Positions 46,736 through 57,213 of a DNA stretch of 64,000 nt are shown here, piece by piece. This stretch comes from an uncultured Chloroflexia bacterium (GTDB lineage: Bacteria; Chloroflexota; Limnocylindria; Limnocylindrales; CSP1-4), in assembly GCA_963746845.1 (NCBI GenBank), contig CAVVCZ010000006.1:320001-384000 (forward strand), in the 5' to 3' direction. The notes beneath the pieces were generated by a model. It saw nothing but the letters and a program-made list of their open reading frames with translations, did not search any database and was not told the DNA's origin. The position numbers were made by a program, and so were the translations under genes. How positions within the stretch are numbered: the stretch's first letter is position 1; the number at the start of each line of letters is the position of its first letter.

Positions 46736-47977
46736 ATGAGCAGGTTCGCCGACATCGGTGCCGCCGTCATCGGCACGGGTTTCATCGGGACGGTCCACGT
46801 CGAGGAGCTTCGGCGGATCGGCGTCGACGTCCGCGGCGTCCTGGGCAGCACACCCGAGCGCGGTGCTGCCCGGGCCGCCGCCCTCAGTGTCAACCACGCC
46901 TACGGATCCCTCGACGAGATCCTCGCCGACCCGACCGTCGACGTCGTCCACGTCACGTCGCCGAACCACCTCCACGTGCCCCAGGCGTCGGCGATCCTCG
47001 CAGCCGGCAAGCACGTGGTCTGCGAGAAGCCCCTGGCGATGACGGCCGTCGACTCCGCCGGTCTGGTGCGTGAGGCCGAGGCGAGCGGCCTCGTCAATGC
47101 GGTGAACTTCAACATCCGGTTCTACCCGCTCCACCAGCACGTCCGCGAGTCCGTGGCCGCCGGCGACCTCGGTGAGGTGCGGTTCGTGACGGGCCACTAC
47201 TTCCAGGACTGGCTGCTCCTCGACACGGACTGGAACTGGCGGCTCGAGCCCGACAAGGGTGGTGCGCTGCGCGCCGTCGGCGACATCGGCTCGCATTGGC
47301 TGGACCTGATGGCCTTCCTCACCGGCCAGTCCGTCGTCTCGGTCATGGCGGACCTCGCGACGTTCGTCACGACGCGGCACGAGCCGACGGGACCGGTCGA
47401 GACCTTCTCGACCGACCGATCGGCCGACACGGTCGAGCGGCCGATGGGCACCGAGGACGTCGCCACGATCCTCCTGCGGTTCGCGAACGGCGCCCGCGGA
47501 TCCGTCGCGGTGTCGCAGATCAGCGCCGGCCGCAAGAACTCGCTCCAGTGGGAGATCGACGGCTCGGACGGCGCCGCGGCCTGGGACAGCGAGACGCCGG
47601 ATCACCTCTGGCTCGGCCACCGCGACCGGCCCAACGAGATCCTCCTCCGGAACCCTGCGCTCATGGGCCCCGCCGGTCGCGCCGCGGCCGCGCTGCCGGG
47701 CGGCCATGTCGAGGGGTTCGGCGACACGTTCGCGGCGCTGTTCCGGGCGATCTATGCCGACGTCATCGTCGGTCACCCGAACCCCCACCCGCCGTACGCG
47801 ACGTTCGCGGCCGGCCACGACGAGATGCTCGTCAACGACGCGATCGCGCTCAGCGCCCACGCGGGCCGCTGGGTCGACGTCGATCGCACCAGCTCGCCCG
47901 CGACGCCGGTCGGTCCCTCCTCACCGGCCGGCGCACGCGGCGACCTCCTGACCACCGCCTCGGAGGGATCCCGATGA
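46736..47977 (+). CDS. Gfo/Idh/MocA oxidoreductase
   Basis: IGTGFIG, HVVCEKPL, YFQDWL, DIGSHWLD, PGGHVEG. Confidence 0.93.
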   Translation: MSRFADIGAAVIGTGFIGTVHVEELRRIGVDVRGVLGSTPERGAARAAALSVNHAYGSLDEILADPTVDVVHVTSPNHLHVPQASAILAAGKHVVCEKPLAMTAVDSAGLVREAEASGLVNAVNFNIRFYPLHQHVRESVAAGDLGEVRFVTGHYFQDWLLLDTDWNWRLEPDKGGALRAVGDIGSHWLDLMAFLTGQSVVSVMADLATFVTTRHEPTGPVETFSTDRSADTVERPMGTEDVATILLRFANGARGSVAVSQISAGRKNSLQWEIDGSDGAAAWDSETPDHLWLGHRDRPNEILLRNPALMGPAGRAAAALPGGHVEGFGDTFAALFRAIYADVIVGHPNPHPPYATFAAGHDEMLVNDAIALSAHAGRWVDVDRTSSPATPVGPSSPAGARGDLLTTASEGSR

Positions 47978-48888
47978 GGCTCGGCCTGCTGACGGCGCCG
48001 TTCCCGGACACCTCGCTCGACGACGTCGCCGACTGGACTGCGGCCAACGGCTTCGAGTCGATCGAGATCGCCTGCTGGCCGCGCGCCGGCGGCGACGCGC
48101 GCCGGTATGCCGGCACCTCGCACATCGACGTCGTCAACCTGACGAAGGCCGGCGCCGACGAGATCGTCGGCCGGATGAACGAGCGCGGCCTGGTGATCTC
48201 CGGTCTCGGCTACTACCCGAACCCGCTCGACCCGGACCCGGCCCATCGGGACATGGTCATCGGCCACCTGAAGCACGTGATGACCGCCGGCGAGCTGATG
48301 GGCGTCCCGCTCGTCAACACCTTCATGGGTGGCGACGCCGCGAAGACCCAGGACCAGAACTGGGAGGACGTTCTCCGGATCTGGCCGGACATCGTGTCCT
48401 TCGCGAACGACCACGGCCGGAAGATCACGATCGAGAACTGCCCGATGCTGTTCAGCGAGGACGAGTGGCCGGGCGGCCACAACATCGCCACGAACCCGCG
48501 GATCTGGCGGCGGATCCTCGAGGAGTGGGGCGGGACGATCGGGCTGAACTTCGACCCGTCGCACCTCGTCCTCCAGATGATCGACATCCCCCGGTTCATC
48601 CGCGAGTTCGGGCCGCACATCCTCCACGTTCAGGCGAAGGACCTCTGGATCGATCGCGAGGGGCTCTACGAGCGGGGCGTGTTCTCGATGGGGATCGGCT
48701 GGCAGGTGCCGCGGCTCCCGGGGCTCGGCGACGTCGACTGGTCCGACCTGTTCGGGGCGCTGTGGCGCGCCGGCTACGACGGCGACGTGATCATCGAGCA
48801 CGAGGACCGCGACTTCGAGAAGACCGACGACCTGGTCAAGCGCGGCTTCCTGCTGGCTCGTGACGTCCTGCGTCCGTACATCAAGTGA
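47974..48888 (+). CDS. Sugar phosphate isomerase/epimerase (xylose-isomerase-like TIM barrel)
   Basis: IENCPM, NFDPSH, HVQAKD, PGLGDVDW, IIEHED. Confidence 0.92.
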   Translation: MRLGLLTAPFPDTSLDDVADWTAANGFESIEIACWPRAGGDARRYAGTSHIDVVNLTKAGADEIVGRMNERGLVISGLGYYPNPLDPDPAHRDMVIGHLKHVMTAGELMGVPLVNTFMGGDAAKTQDQNWEDVLRIWPDIVSFANDHGRKITIENCPMLFSEDEWPGGHNIATNPRIWRRILEEWGGTIGLNFDPSHLVLQMIDIPRFIREFGPHILHVQAKDLWIDREGLYERGVFSMGIGWQVPRLPGLGDVDWSDLFGALWRAGYDGDVIIEHEDRDFEKTDDLVKRGFLLARDVLRPYIK

Positions 48889-49640
48889 GTGCGATGCCCT
48901 TCACCGTCGAGACGCTGACCGAGCGCGAGATCGGGAAGACGATCGACCACTCGCTGCTCCGGCCGGAGCTCGACGACGCGTTCGTCGAGGATGGCTGCCG
49001 GCTGGCTGCGCGCTACGACGTCGCGTCCGTGTGCGTGCCGCCCGTCCACGTCCGGCGCGCCGGCAGGATCCTCGCCGGCACGGACGTGAAGGTCGGGACG
49101 GTCGTCGGGTTCCCCCACGGGTACTGCACGACCGAGACGAAAGTCGCCGAGACGCGCCAGGCGCTCGCCGATGGCGCCACCGAGATCGACATGGTCATCC
49201 AGATCGGGGCGTTGAAGTCCGGCCGGGACGCCGACGTCGAGGCGGACATCCGGGCGGTTGTCCAGGCGGCCCACGCCGGCGGCGCGATCGTCAAGGTGAT
49301 CTTCGAGAACGCCTACCTGACGGACGACGAGAAGATCCGGGCGTGCCACGCCACCGAGGCAGCCGGCGCGGAGTTCGTGAAGACGAGCACCGGGTTCGCC
49401 CCGTCCGGCGCCACCCACGATGACCTCCGGCTCATGCGCGCGAACACCTCGCCGCGCATCGCGGTGAAGGCGGCCGGCGGCGTGCGGACGCTCGACGCCC
49501 TGATCGACGTGATGAACCTCGGGGTGACGAGGATCGGCGCCACGGCCACTGCCGCGATCATCGACGACTTCCGGGCGCGCAAGGCCGGGCGGACACCCGT
49601 CGTCGCCCGGGCCGGCGGCGACTCGAGCACGGACGAGTGA
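48885..49640 (+). CDS. deoC: Deoxyribose-phosphate aldolase (alternative start ATG 48894)
   Basis: IDHSLL, VVGFPHG, EIDMV, VKVIFE, FVKTSTGF, VKAAGG. Confidence 0.92.
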   Translation: MSAMPFTVETLTEREIGKTIDHSLLRPELDDAFVEDGCRLAARYDVASVCVPPVHVRRAGRILAGTDVKVGTVVGFPHGYCTTETKVAETRQALADGATEIDMVIQIGALKSGRDADVEADIRAVVQAAHAGGAIVKVIFENAYLTDDEKIRACHATEAAGAEFVKTSTGFAPSGATHDDLRLMRANTSPRIAVKAAGGVRTLDALIDVMNLGVTRIGATATAAIIDDFRARKAGRTPVVARAGGDSSTDE

Positions 49641-50461
49641 TGCCGGTGACCGTGAGCCACACGCTGGACTGGCTGACCGCCGCCTGCGCCGTGCTCGACG
49701 AGCTGGCGACCACCCAGGCCGACGCGATCGAGACGGCGAGCCAGTGGTCGGCGGAGGCGATCGCCGCCGACGGGCTCGTGCATCTCTTCGGGACCGGCCA
49801 TTCCCGGATCCCGGTCGAGGAGATGTTCCCGCGCTACGGCTCGTACCCGGGCTTCAACCCGATGGTCGAGCTGTCGATGACGTTCCACACCCAGGTCGTC
49901 GGCGCGAACGGCCAGCGCCAGGCGATGTACATCGAGCGGACGCCGGGGCTCGCCGAGGTGATCCTCTCGAACTTCGCCTTCGGCCCGTCGGACGTGATGA
50001 TGGTCTTCTCGGCCGGTGGCACGACGGCCGTGCCGGTCGAGATGGCCCGTGGCGCGCGGGCCCGGGGCCTGCGGGTGATCGCGGTGACGGCCGTTCGGGA
50101 ATCCCGATCCGCGCCCGTCGACCCCGCGGTAGGATCGCGCCTCCTCGACGAGGCGGACCTGGTGATCGACCTCTGCACGCCCGAGGCGGACGCTCTGTCC
50201 TGGATCGAGGGACTTGACACGCCGGTCGGACCGGGGTCGACTATCGCGGCCGTCGCCATCGTCAACTCCATCAAGGTTCGGGTCGCGGAGCTCCTCGTGG
50301 CCCGCGGCGCGATGCCACCCGTCATCACCCGAGCGTCGGTCGTAGGCGCCGACCGCTCGCGGGATCTCTTCGAAAACGCCTACCGTGAGCATGCGCGGCG
50401 GATCGCTCGTGCCATCAGCGGAACGCATGATGGCTCCGGGAGTCAGCCGCAGGAGGTGTGA
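49640..50461 (+). CDS. SIS domain (sugar isomerase) protein
   Basis: HLFGTGHS..PVEEMFPRYG, FSAGG, GPGSTI. Confidence 0.88.
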   Translation: MPVTVSHTLDWLTAACAVLDELATTQADAIETASQWSAEAIAADGLVHLFGTGHSRIPVEEMFPRYGSYPGFNPMVELSMTFHTQVVGANGQRQAMYIERTPGLAEVILSNFAFGPSDVMMVFSAGGTTAVPVEMARGARARGLRVIAVTAVRESRSAPVDPAVGSRLLDEADLVIDLCTPEADALSWIEGLDTPVGPGSTIAAVAIVNSIKVRVAELLVARGAMPPVITRASVVGADRSRDLFENAYREHARRIARAISGTHDGSGSQPQEV

Positions 50462-50550
50462 CGATCGTTCGGCTCGTTGGTTCCCGTGGGGGCCAGGAAG
50501 CTCGTCGGCGCGACCAGATCGGCGCGCCGCCACACAGGAGGAGAGATCGA

Positions 50551-51702
50551 ATGGGCAAGCCAGGAGGCAGCGGACGGCTGCTGACGGGCGTCGTCGCCAT
50601 CATGTTGGCGACGGCGGCCTGCTCCAGCGCCGCGACACCCTCGCCCTCGGCCGGCGGTTCGGCGGGGGCGGGAGCGTCAGGCGGCGTCGCGGCCGGGAGC
50701 AACACACTCGGCTATTCGAACGGCGGCGGCGTCGGCAACGGCTTCCGCGAGGAGCAGGTCTGCACGGCCAAGGCCCAGTGGGCGGCGTCGGGCGGCTCGG
50801 CCTCGAACCTGACGGTCATCCATCGCAACACGGATGCCGCTGGCCAGCTGTCGGACCTCCGGTCCCTGATCGCCAAGAATGTCAAGGCGATCGTGTTCAA
50901 TCCGAACGATCCCAAGGCGTTGAACCCGGCGCTTGCCGAGGCGAACGCCGCAGGCATCAAGACGGTCTCGGTCGACGCCTACGTCACCGATCCGACCACG
51001 TACAACCTCTACAACAACCAGGTGAAGTACGCGGAGCTCGGCGCCAAGTGGCTGTTCGATCAGCTCGGCGGAACCGGCACCGTCTGGTACACCCGCGGCA
51101 TCGCCGGCAACCCGGCCGACTCCGACCGTGACAAGGGCTTCAAGAACGTCCTGAAGAACTACCCGAACATCAAGGTCGTTCCGACCGCCGACGGCGTGTT
51201 CACCAAGTGGGACCCGGCGACCGCGACGACGCTGACCAACGACTTCATCTCGAGCGGCCAGTACGACAAGATCAACGGGATCTGGGCGTCCGGCATGGGC
51301 AAGCAGATCATCGACGCCGTCAAGGCGGCGAACAAGCCGTTCGTGCCGATCGCCGACGCTGATGTCGGCGGCTTCGTCACACAGCTGCTCGATCCCACGA
51401 ACTTCCCGGGCCTCAAGGGCGCGGCCGTCACCAACACCGCCGCCGTCGGCGGCGCGGGTGTCACGCTCGCCCTGAAGCTCCTGAGCGGCCAGACCGTCAC
51501 CACCTCGCCGGACGCCCCGCAGGCCAACACGGTCCTGCTGGATCCGGTCCTGGTCGACAACCTGACCGACGCGGGCAAGGCCCAGCTGAAGGCCTGGCAA
51601 TCGGTGCCGGGCATGGATCCGCTGTGGCCGCTCAGCCTGTCGATCGACGGCTGGACGACCTACGATCCGAACACGGTTCCGTCGTCCTGCAAGGGCGCCT
51701 GA
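50551..51702 (+). CDS. Monosaccharide (CUT2) ABC substrate-binding lipoprotein
   Basis: TAAC lipobox, AIVFNPND..ALNP, AGIKTVSVD; AGGAGG RBS. Confidence 0.9.
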   Translation: MGKPGGSGRLLTGVVAIMLATAACSSAATPSPSAGGSAGAGASGGVAAGSNTLGYSNGGGVGNGFREEQVCTAKAQWAASGGSASNLTVIHRNTDAAGQLSDLRSLIAKNVKAIVFNPNDPKALNPALAEANAAGIKTVSVDAYVTDPTTYNLYNNQVKYAELGAKWLFDQLGGTGTVWYTRGIAGNPADSDRDKGFKNVLKNYPNIKVVPTADGVFTKWDPATATTLTNDFISSGQYDKINGIWASGMGKQIIDAVKAANKPFVPIADADVGGFVTQLLDPTNFPGLKGAAVTNTAAVGGAGVTLALKLLSGQTVTTSPDAPQANTVLLDPVLVDNLTDAGKAQLKAWQSVPGMDPLWPLSLSIDGWTTYDPNTVPSSCKGA

Positions 51703-51726
51703 ACCGCATCCGATCCAGTTCATTCA

Positions 51727-51755
51727 CGGGGATGCCGGCTCCGCCGGCATCCCCG
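51727..51755 (+). terminator. Hairpin after substrate-binding gene
   Basis: CGGGGATGCCGGC-TCC-GCCGGCATCCCCG. Confidence 0.5.
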
Positions 51756-51775
51756 GCTTGTTCGACAAGGACCGA

Positions 51776-53428
51776 ATGACCGTCATCGCGACCGACCTCA
51801 TCCTCGAGGCGTCCGGCATCGCCAAGACCTACGGCGCCGTCGTGGCCCTGAGGTCCGCGTCGCTCGCCGTCCGGCCGGGTGAGGTCCACGCGCTGATGGG
51901 CGCCAACGGCGCGGGCAAGAGCACCCTTGTCAAGATTCTCACCGGCGCCGTCCGGCCCGATGCCGGGCGGATCGCCGTCCGCGGACACGAGCGGACGGCC
52001 CACTCCCCGGCGGACGCCCGCCGCAGCGGGCTGGTCTCCGTCTACCAGGAGCCCGCCCTGATCCCGGACCTCGACATCCGGGCCAACCTGCGGCTGACCG
52101 CGACGCCGATCGAGCCCTTCCGGCACTGGATCGCCGAGCTGGGGCTCGGGACGCTCGACCTGTCGAGCCTGGCGCGCCGGCTGCCGCTCGCCTCCCTCCG
52201 GATCATCGACCTCGCCCGCGCCATGGCGATCGAGCCGGACGTCCTGATGCTCGACGAGATGACCGCCGCCCTCCCCGCCAACCTGACCGAGCGGGTCCTG
52301 GCGGTCGTCGGCGGTCAGCGCGGCGGCGACCGCTCGGTGATCTTCATCTCGCACCGGATGATCGAGATCGCCGCCGTCTGCGACCGGGCCACGGTCCTGC
52401 GCGAAGGCGAGACGGTCGGCGTCGTGGACGTGTCCGCGGGCTCGGAGGACCGGATCGTCGAGCTGATGCTCGGCCAGATCGCCGACGAGATGCCGGCCGT
52501 CGCCGAGCGAACGGCGAAGCACTCGGCAGAGGCCGAGACACCCCGGATGTCGGCCCGCGGAATCGCGTCCGGGACGAAGCTCAGGGACGCGACCTTCGAC
52601 CTCTACCCGGGTGAGGTCCTCGGCGTCGTGGCGCTGGACGGCCAGGGCCAGGATGAGCTCTTCGACATCCTCGCCGGCTCCGAGCGCCCGAGCGGCGGCG
52701 AGCTGCTGGTCGACGGCTCGGCCGTGTCGTTCCGGCACCCGGCGGACGCGATCACGGCCGGCGTCGTGTACGTGGCCGCGGACCGCGCCGAGGCGCTGCT
52801 CATGCAGCGATCCGTCCGGGAGAACATCGCCCTCCCGTTCATCGCCCGGATCGGCAAGTGGGGCCTGATCGACCTGAAGGCCGAGGGCCGGACGGTCAAC
52901 GACGCGGTGACCAGGCTCCAGGTCGACGCCCGGGCGGGGAACGAGGTCCGCCGGCTGTCGGGCGGCAACCAGCAGAAGGTCACGATCGCCCGCTGGGTCG
53001 CCCGGGGCGTCCGGACGATGCTCTGCTTCGACCCGACCCGGGGCATTGACATCCGGACCAAGCAGCAGATCTACGTCCTGCTCCGCGACCTGGCGGAGGC
53101 GGGTGCGGCGATCCTGTTCTACACGTCCGAGCTCAAGGAGGTCCAGCTCGTCTGCGACCGCGCGATCGTGGTCTTCGGCGGCGAGGTCGTCGAGGAGATC
53201 GCGGGCGTCGATGCCGACGAGGCGACGCTCCTGCGGGCGGCCTACCACCTCCGGTCCGGCGCCCAGCTGCCGGAAGAGCTCGTCGCGACCGAGATCGAGG
53301 CGACGACCGTCGCGATCACGGCGACGGAGCCGCCGGCACCCGGGGCGACCGAGCCCGCGCCGAAGGCGGCCACCGACCCAACCGGGGACCCAGCCACCGA
53401 CGCGGACACCGGGACCGAAGCGCCGTGA
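51776..53428 (+). CDS. Sugar ABC transporter ATP-binding protein (RbsA-like)
   Basis: GANGAGKST, ISHRM, LSGGNQQKV, PTRGID. Confidence 0.95.
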   Translation: MTVIATDLILEASGIAKTYGAVVALRSASLAVRPGEVHALMGANGAGKSTLVKILTGAVRPDAGRIAVRGHERTAHSPADARRSGLVSVYQEPALIPDLDIRANLRLTATPIEPFRHWIAELGLGTLDLSSLARRLPLASLRIIDLARAMAIEPDVLMLDEMTAALPANLTERVLAVVGGQRGGDRSVIFISHRMIEIAAVCDRATVLREGETVGVVDVSAGSEDRIVELMLGQIADEMPAVAERTAKHSAEAETPRMSARGIASGTKLRDATFDLYPGEVLGVVALDGQGQDELFDILAGSERPSGGELLVDGSAVSFRHPADAITAGVVYVAADRAEALLMQRSVRENIALPFIARIGKWGLIDLKAEGRTVNDAVTRLQVDARAGNEVRRLSGGNQQKVTIARWVARGVRTMLCFDPTRGIDIRTKQQIYVLLRDLAEAGAAILFYTSELKEVQLVCDRAIVVFGGEVVEEIAGVDADEATLLRAAYHLRSGAQLPEELVATEIEATTVAITATEPPAPGATEPAPKAATDPTGDPATDADTGTEAP

Positions 53429-54429
53429 CCGCCGCCGTCGGCACACCCGACGCGATCCGGCGACGACCCGCCGACGCCATCGCCGCGTGGGCCCGCCGCA
53501 ACACCTGGACACTGTCCCTGCTCGGGCTGCTCGCCGTGCTGCTCGTCTTCACGAAGCTGATCCAGCCGTCCTACGGCGTCGCCGGGATCCAGGGCCTCGG
53601 CATCTCGATCCTGCCGCTCGGCTTCGCCGCCGTCGCCCAGGCCGTCGTCGTCATCGCCGGCGGGATCGACCTTTCGATCGGCTCGATGATGGCCCTGACG
53701 AGCGTCGTCGCGGCGACCCAGATGGAGAACCAGAGCGATGCGTTCGGGGTCGGCGTCGTCGTCGGGGTGCTGCTCCTCGGCCTCGTCCTCGGCCTGGTGA
53801 ATGGCACCGTCGTGGTCGTGACCCGGGTACCGGACATCGTGGTGACGCTGGCGATGTCCTTCGTCTGGGCCGGATTCGCGCTGCTGGTGTCCCCGGCGCC
53901 CGGTGGATCCGCGTCGCCCTGGCTGACCGGCCTCGTGATCGGGCCCTTCCTGAACGAGTGGATCCCGAAGTCGGCCGTCGTTCTCCTCGTGATCGTCGGA
54001 GTGATCTGGATCCCGGTGGCGCGGTCGCGACTCGGCCTCTCGATCTACGCGATCGGCAGCAACCGGCTGGCCGCGTTCCGGAGCGGCGTGTCCGTCGGGC
54101 GGACGAAGGTCCTCGCGTACATGCTCACGGGGCTCCTGTCGGCGATCGCCGGCCTCGCCTTGACGGCCAGCACGACGATCGGGACGCCGGTGCCGGGTCC
54201 GTACACGCTCGAGAGCGTGGCCGCGATCGTGCTCGGTGGCGTGAGCCTCGCGGGTGGCCGCGGCGGCGTCTTCGGCCCGATCGTCGCGGTCGTCGTCCTC
54301 CAGCTGATCCAGAACGACATGACGTTCCTCGACTTCGACCCGAACTACGCGCTCGTCGCCCAGGGCGTGATCCTGATCGGCGTCCTGGTCCTCGGCAGCG
54401 TCATCCAGCTCCGGCGGGCCCGGGCATGA
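53425..54429 (+). CDS. Sugar ABC transporter permease (RbsC-like)
   Basis: GGIDLSIG, AIGSN..AA..SGV, AIVLGGVSL.GG.G. Confidence 0.94.
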   Translation: MTAAVGTPDAIRRRPADAIAAWARRNTWTLSLLGLLAVLLVFTKLIQPSYGVAGIQGLGISILPLGFAAVAQAVVVIAGGIDLSIGSMMALTSVVAATQMENQSDAFGVGVVVGVLLLGLVLGLVNGTVVVVTRVPDIVVTLAMSFVWAGFALLVSPAPGGSASPWLTGLVIGPFLNEWIPKSAVVLLVIVGVIWIPVARSRLGLSIYAIGSNRLAAFRSGVSVGRTKVLAYMLTGLLSAIAGLALTASTTIGTPVPGPYTLESVAAIVLGGVSLAGGRGGVFGPIVAVVVLQLIQNDMTFLDFDPNYALVAQGVILIGVLVLGSVIQLRRARA

Positions 54430-55415
54430 GCGCGGCGACCGGCACCGCGACCGGGCTCACGTCGACCGGCCTGCGCGGCCTCTTCCGGGACCGCCCGATC
54501 ATCCCGCTGATCGTGCTGCTGGCGGTGCTCGTCCTCGTCATCGAGCTGTCCGACCCCGGGATCGTCAGCCTGTCATGGGGCGGCGTGATCGTCCGCGCGA
54601 CCATCCCGCTCGCGATCCTCGCCGGCTGCCAGACCCTGACGATGCTGACCGGCGGGATCGACCTGTCCGTCGGCGCGGTCGGCTCGATGGCCGGCTTCGT
54701 GACGGCGACGTTCGTCCACAGTCCCGGCGGCGTCGCCCAGGGGATCGTGGTGGCCCTCGTCGCCGCCGCCCTCGCCGGCCTGATCAGTGGCGTCGGCGTG
54801 GGCGTCTTCCAGGTCCACCCGCTGATCATGACCCTGGGCATGAGCTTCGTCGTCCTCGGGCTCGCCAACGTCTGGCAGCTCGAGCAGCTCCAGACCGGGG
54901 CCGGCGTCCCCGAGGGCCTGCGGACGCTCGGTTCGGGAACGCTCTGGGACGTCGTGCCGAACAGCCTCGTCGTGTTCGTGCCGGTGGCCCTGATCATCCT
55001 CCTCGGCCTGCGCCGGACCGGCTACGGCCGGCTGCTGTTCGCGGTCGGCGACAACCCCGTCGCCGCCCGGCTGTCCGGCACACGGTCGTGGCAGGTGATC
55101 ATCGTCCTGTACGTCCTGTCGGCCGTGCTGGCCGCCGTCGCCGGGCTGTTGATCTCCGGACTCACGAACACGGCCAGCGTGTCGCTCGTCGACAGCTACG
55201 TGCTTCCGTCGGTGGCCGCCGCGGTCATCGGCGGCACCTCGATCCTCGGCGGCCGCGGCGGATACGGCGGGACGATCGTCGGCGCGCTGATCCTGACCGT
55301 GCTCACCGCGTTGCTGACCGTCCTCGGCCTGCCCGAGCCGTCGCGGCAGATCCTGTTCGGAGCGATCATCGTCCTGGTTGCCGCCGCCTACACCCGGGTC
55401 ACCGGCGAGACCTGA
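54426..55415 (+). CDS. Sugar ABC transporter permease (RbsC-like)
   Basis: GGIDLSVG, AVGDN..AARLSG, AAAVIGGTS..GG.G. Confidence 0.94.
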   Translation: MSAATGTATGLTSTGLRGLFRDRPIIPLIVLLAVLVLVIELSDPGIVSLSWGGVIVRATIPLAILAGCQTLTMLTGGIDLSVGAVGSMAGFVTATFVHSPGGVAQGIVVALVAAALAGLISGVGVGVFQVHPLIMTLGMSFVVLGLANVWQLEQLQTGAGVPEGLRTLGSGTLWDVVPNSLVVFVPVALIILLGLRRTGYGRLLFAVGDNPVAARLSGTRSWQVIIVLYVLSAVLAAVAGLLISGLTNTASVSLVDSYVLPSVAAAVIGGTSILGGRGGYGGTIVGALILTVLTALLTVLGLPEPSRQILFGAIIVLVAAAYTRVTGET

Positions 55416-55420
55416 CCGCG

Positions 55421-56419
55421 GTGACCGACGATCGACCCGTGAGCCGCCACCTGGGGCTGGACCTCGGCGGGACGAACATCAAGTGGGTCGTTATCGAGCG
55501 GACCGGCGAGGCGCCGGGCCACGAGCCGATCCCGATCGATCGCGAGCGGGAGACCGGCGGCGTCGCCTGGACCCAGCTCGACCGCGACCAGGTGCCGACC
55601 CCGACGAAGGACGGCCCGGACGCGGTCGTCGCGCGGCTCGCATCGGTCGGCGCCGAGGCGATCGCCCGCTGCCCGGGCGTGGCCACGGTCGGGATCGGCA
55701 TCCCGGGCCTGTACGACCCGGCCGACGGGTCGGTCCGCTTCCTCGTGAACTTCCCGGGCCTCTGGAAGGGCCGACCGGTCGCCCGCGAGGTCGCGACCGC
55801 CCTCGACCGGCCGGTCGCCCTGATCAACGACGCCCGCGCGTTCGGGCTGGCCGAGCACCGGCTGGGTGCCGGTCGCGGTGCGTCGACGATGGTCGGGCTG
55901 ACGCTCGGGACGGGGGTCGGTGGCTGCGTCGTCGTCCACGGTCGGTTGCTGCTCGGCCACGACGGGACCGCCGGCGAGCTCGGCCACCAGACCATCGAGC
56001 CCGACGGACCGTGGTGCAACTGCGGCAACCGGGGCTGCCTCGAGGCCTTCGCCCGGGCCGACCAGATCGCCGAGGCCTGTGGGGCAACGACCGCGGAGGA
56101 GGCGGTCGAGCGCGCCCGGGCGGGCGATCCGCGCGCCGTCGCAGGACTGACCGACGTGGGGCGATACCTCGGGATCGGGATCGGCAACACGATCGTCAGC
56201 CTGGCGCCCGACCGGGTCGTCCTCGGGGGCGGGATCGCCGCGGCGACGGACCTCCTGCGCGGCCCGATCGAGGCCGAGCTGCGGCGGCGGGTGACGGTCA
56301 CCTCGCTCGACCTCGTCGAGATCGTCGTGGCCGAGCTCGGGACGTGGGCCGGGGCGATCGGGGCCGCCATCCATGGCGCCGAAGGCCGTGCCGAGGCGAC
56401 GGCGGGGTCGTCGGCATGA
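55421..56419 (+). CDS. ROK family sugar kinase
   Basis: GLDLGGTNIK, INDA, LGTGVGG, GELGH, CNCGNRGCLE; no HTH. Confidence 0.92.
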   Translation: MTDDRPVSRHLGLDLGGTNIKWVVIERTGEAPGHEPIPIDRERETGGVAWTQLDRDQVPTPTKDGPDAVVARLASVGAEAIARCPGVATVGIGIPGLYDPADGSVRFLVNFPGLWKGRPVAREVATALDRPVALINDARAFGLAEHRLGAGRGASTMVGLTLGTGVGGCVVVHGRLLLGHDGTAGELGHQTIEPDGPWCNCGNRGCLEAFARADQIAEACGATTAEEAVERARAGDPRAVAGLTDVGRYLGIGIGNTIVSLAPDRVVLGGGIAAATDLLRGPIEAELRRRVTVTSLDLVEIVVAELGTWAGAIGAAIHGAEGRAEATAGSSA

Positions 56420-57213
56420 CCGAGACCCGATACCAGCCGGCGTACCGCCAGATCGAGCAGTCGCTCCGTGAGCGGATTGCCCGGATGCCGCCCGGCGAGC
56501 GCCTCCCGTCCGACGCCGAGCTGTGTGCCCAGTTCGGGGTCAGCCGGATGACGGCACGGAACGCGATGGAGCGGCTCGCCGTCGACGGCCTGATCCGGCG
56601 CGAGCCGGGCCGCGGCAGCTTCGTGGCCCGGGCGCCGGCGCATCGACGGACCAACCGGCTGATGACGTTCACCCAGGAGATGCGCCGGGCCGGTCGCCAG
56701 CCGACCTCGCGGGTGCTCACCCGGGTCATCCGGCCGTCGTCGACGGCGGAGGCCGCGAGCCTCGGGATCCCGGCGCGGCAGCCGATCGTCCACCTCCGTC
56801 GTTTGCGGCTCGCCGACGACCAGCCGATCGCGCTCGAGTCGGCGGTCCTCGTCGGCGACTGCGCGAGCGCGGTGATGACCGCGGATCTCGTCAACGGTTC
56901 CCTGCATGAAACGCTCGCCGGCTTCGGGTTCGTCCTGCGACGGGGCACCGGCACGATCACGGCCGCCATGGCCTCCCACGAGGACGCCCGGTTGTTCGAG
57001 ACCCGTGTCGGCAGCCCGCTGCTCGTGGAACGCCGGATCATCGAGGACGCCAACGGCCGGCGGATCGAGAGCACGGAGTCGCGCTACCCGGCCGACCGCT
57101 ATGGCCTGGAGGTCCAGTTCGACGTCGAGGGCGGCGAGCTCGTCGAGGCCGACGGAGACGATCGGTCGAACGGGAACGGCCGGGCCGATCGGTCCGCTCC
57201 CGCCGGCCGATGA
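56416..57213 (+). CDS. GntR/HutC (UTRA) transcriptional regulator
   Basis: LPSDAEL..QFGVSRMTAR, GRGSFV, RLRLADDQP. Confidence 0.93.
   Translation: MTETRYQPAYRQIEQSLRERIARMPPGERLPSDAELCAQFGVSRMTARNAMERLAVDGLIRREPGRGSFVARAPAHRRTNRLMTFTQEMRRAGRQPTSRVLTRVIRPSSTAEAASLGIPARQPIVHLRRLRLADDQPIALESAVLVGDCASAVMTADLVNGSLHETLAGFGFVLRRGTGTITAAMASHEDARLFETRVGSPLLVERRIIEDANGRRIESTESRYPADRYGLEVQFDVEGGELVEADGDDRSNGNGRADRSAPAGR

Noticed and set aside
52600-53428. Degenerate Walker motifs in the second ABC domain and a T/P/D-rich tail
   Set aside because: A degenerate second nucleotide-binding domain is common in CUT2 ATPases, and the tail looks like a disordered extension.
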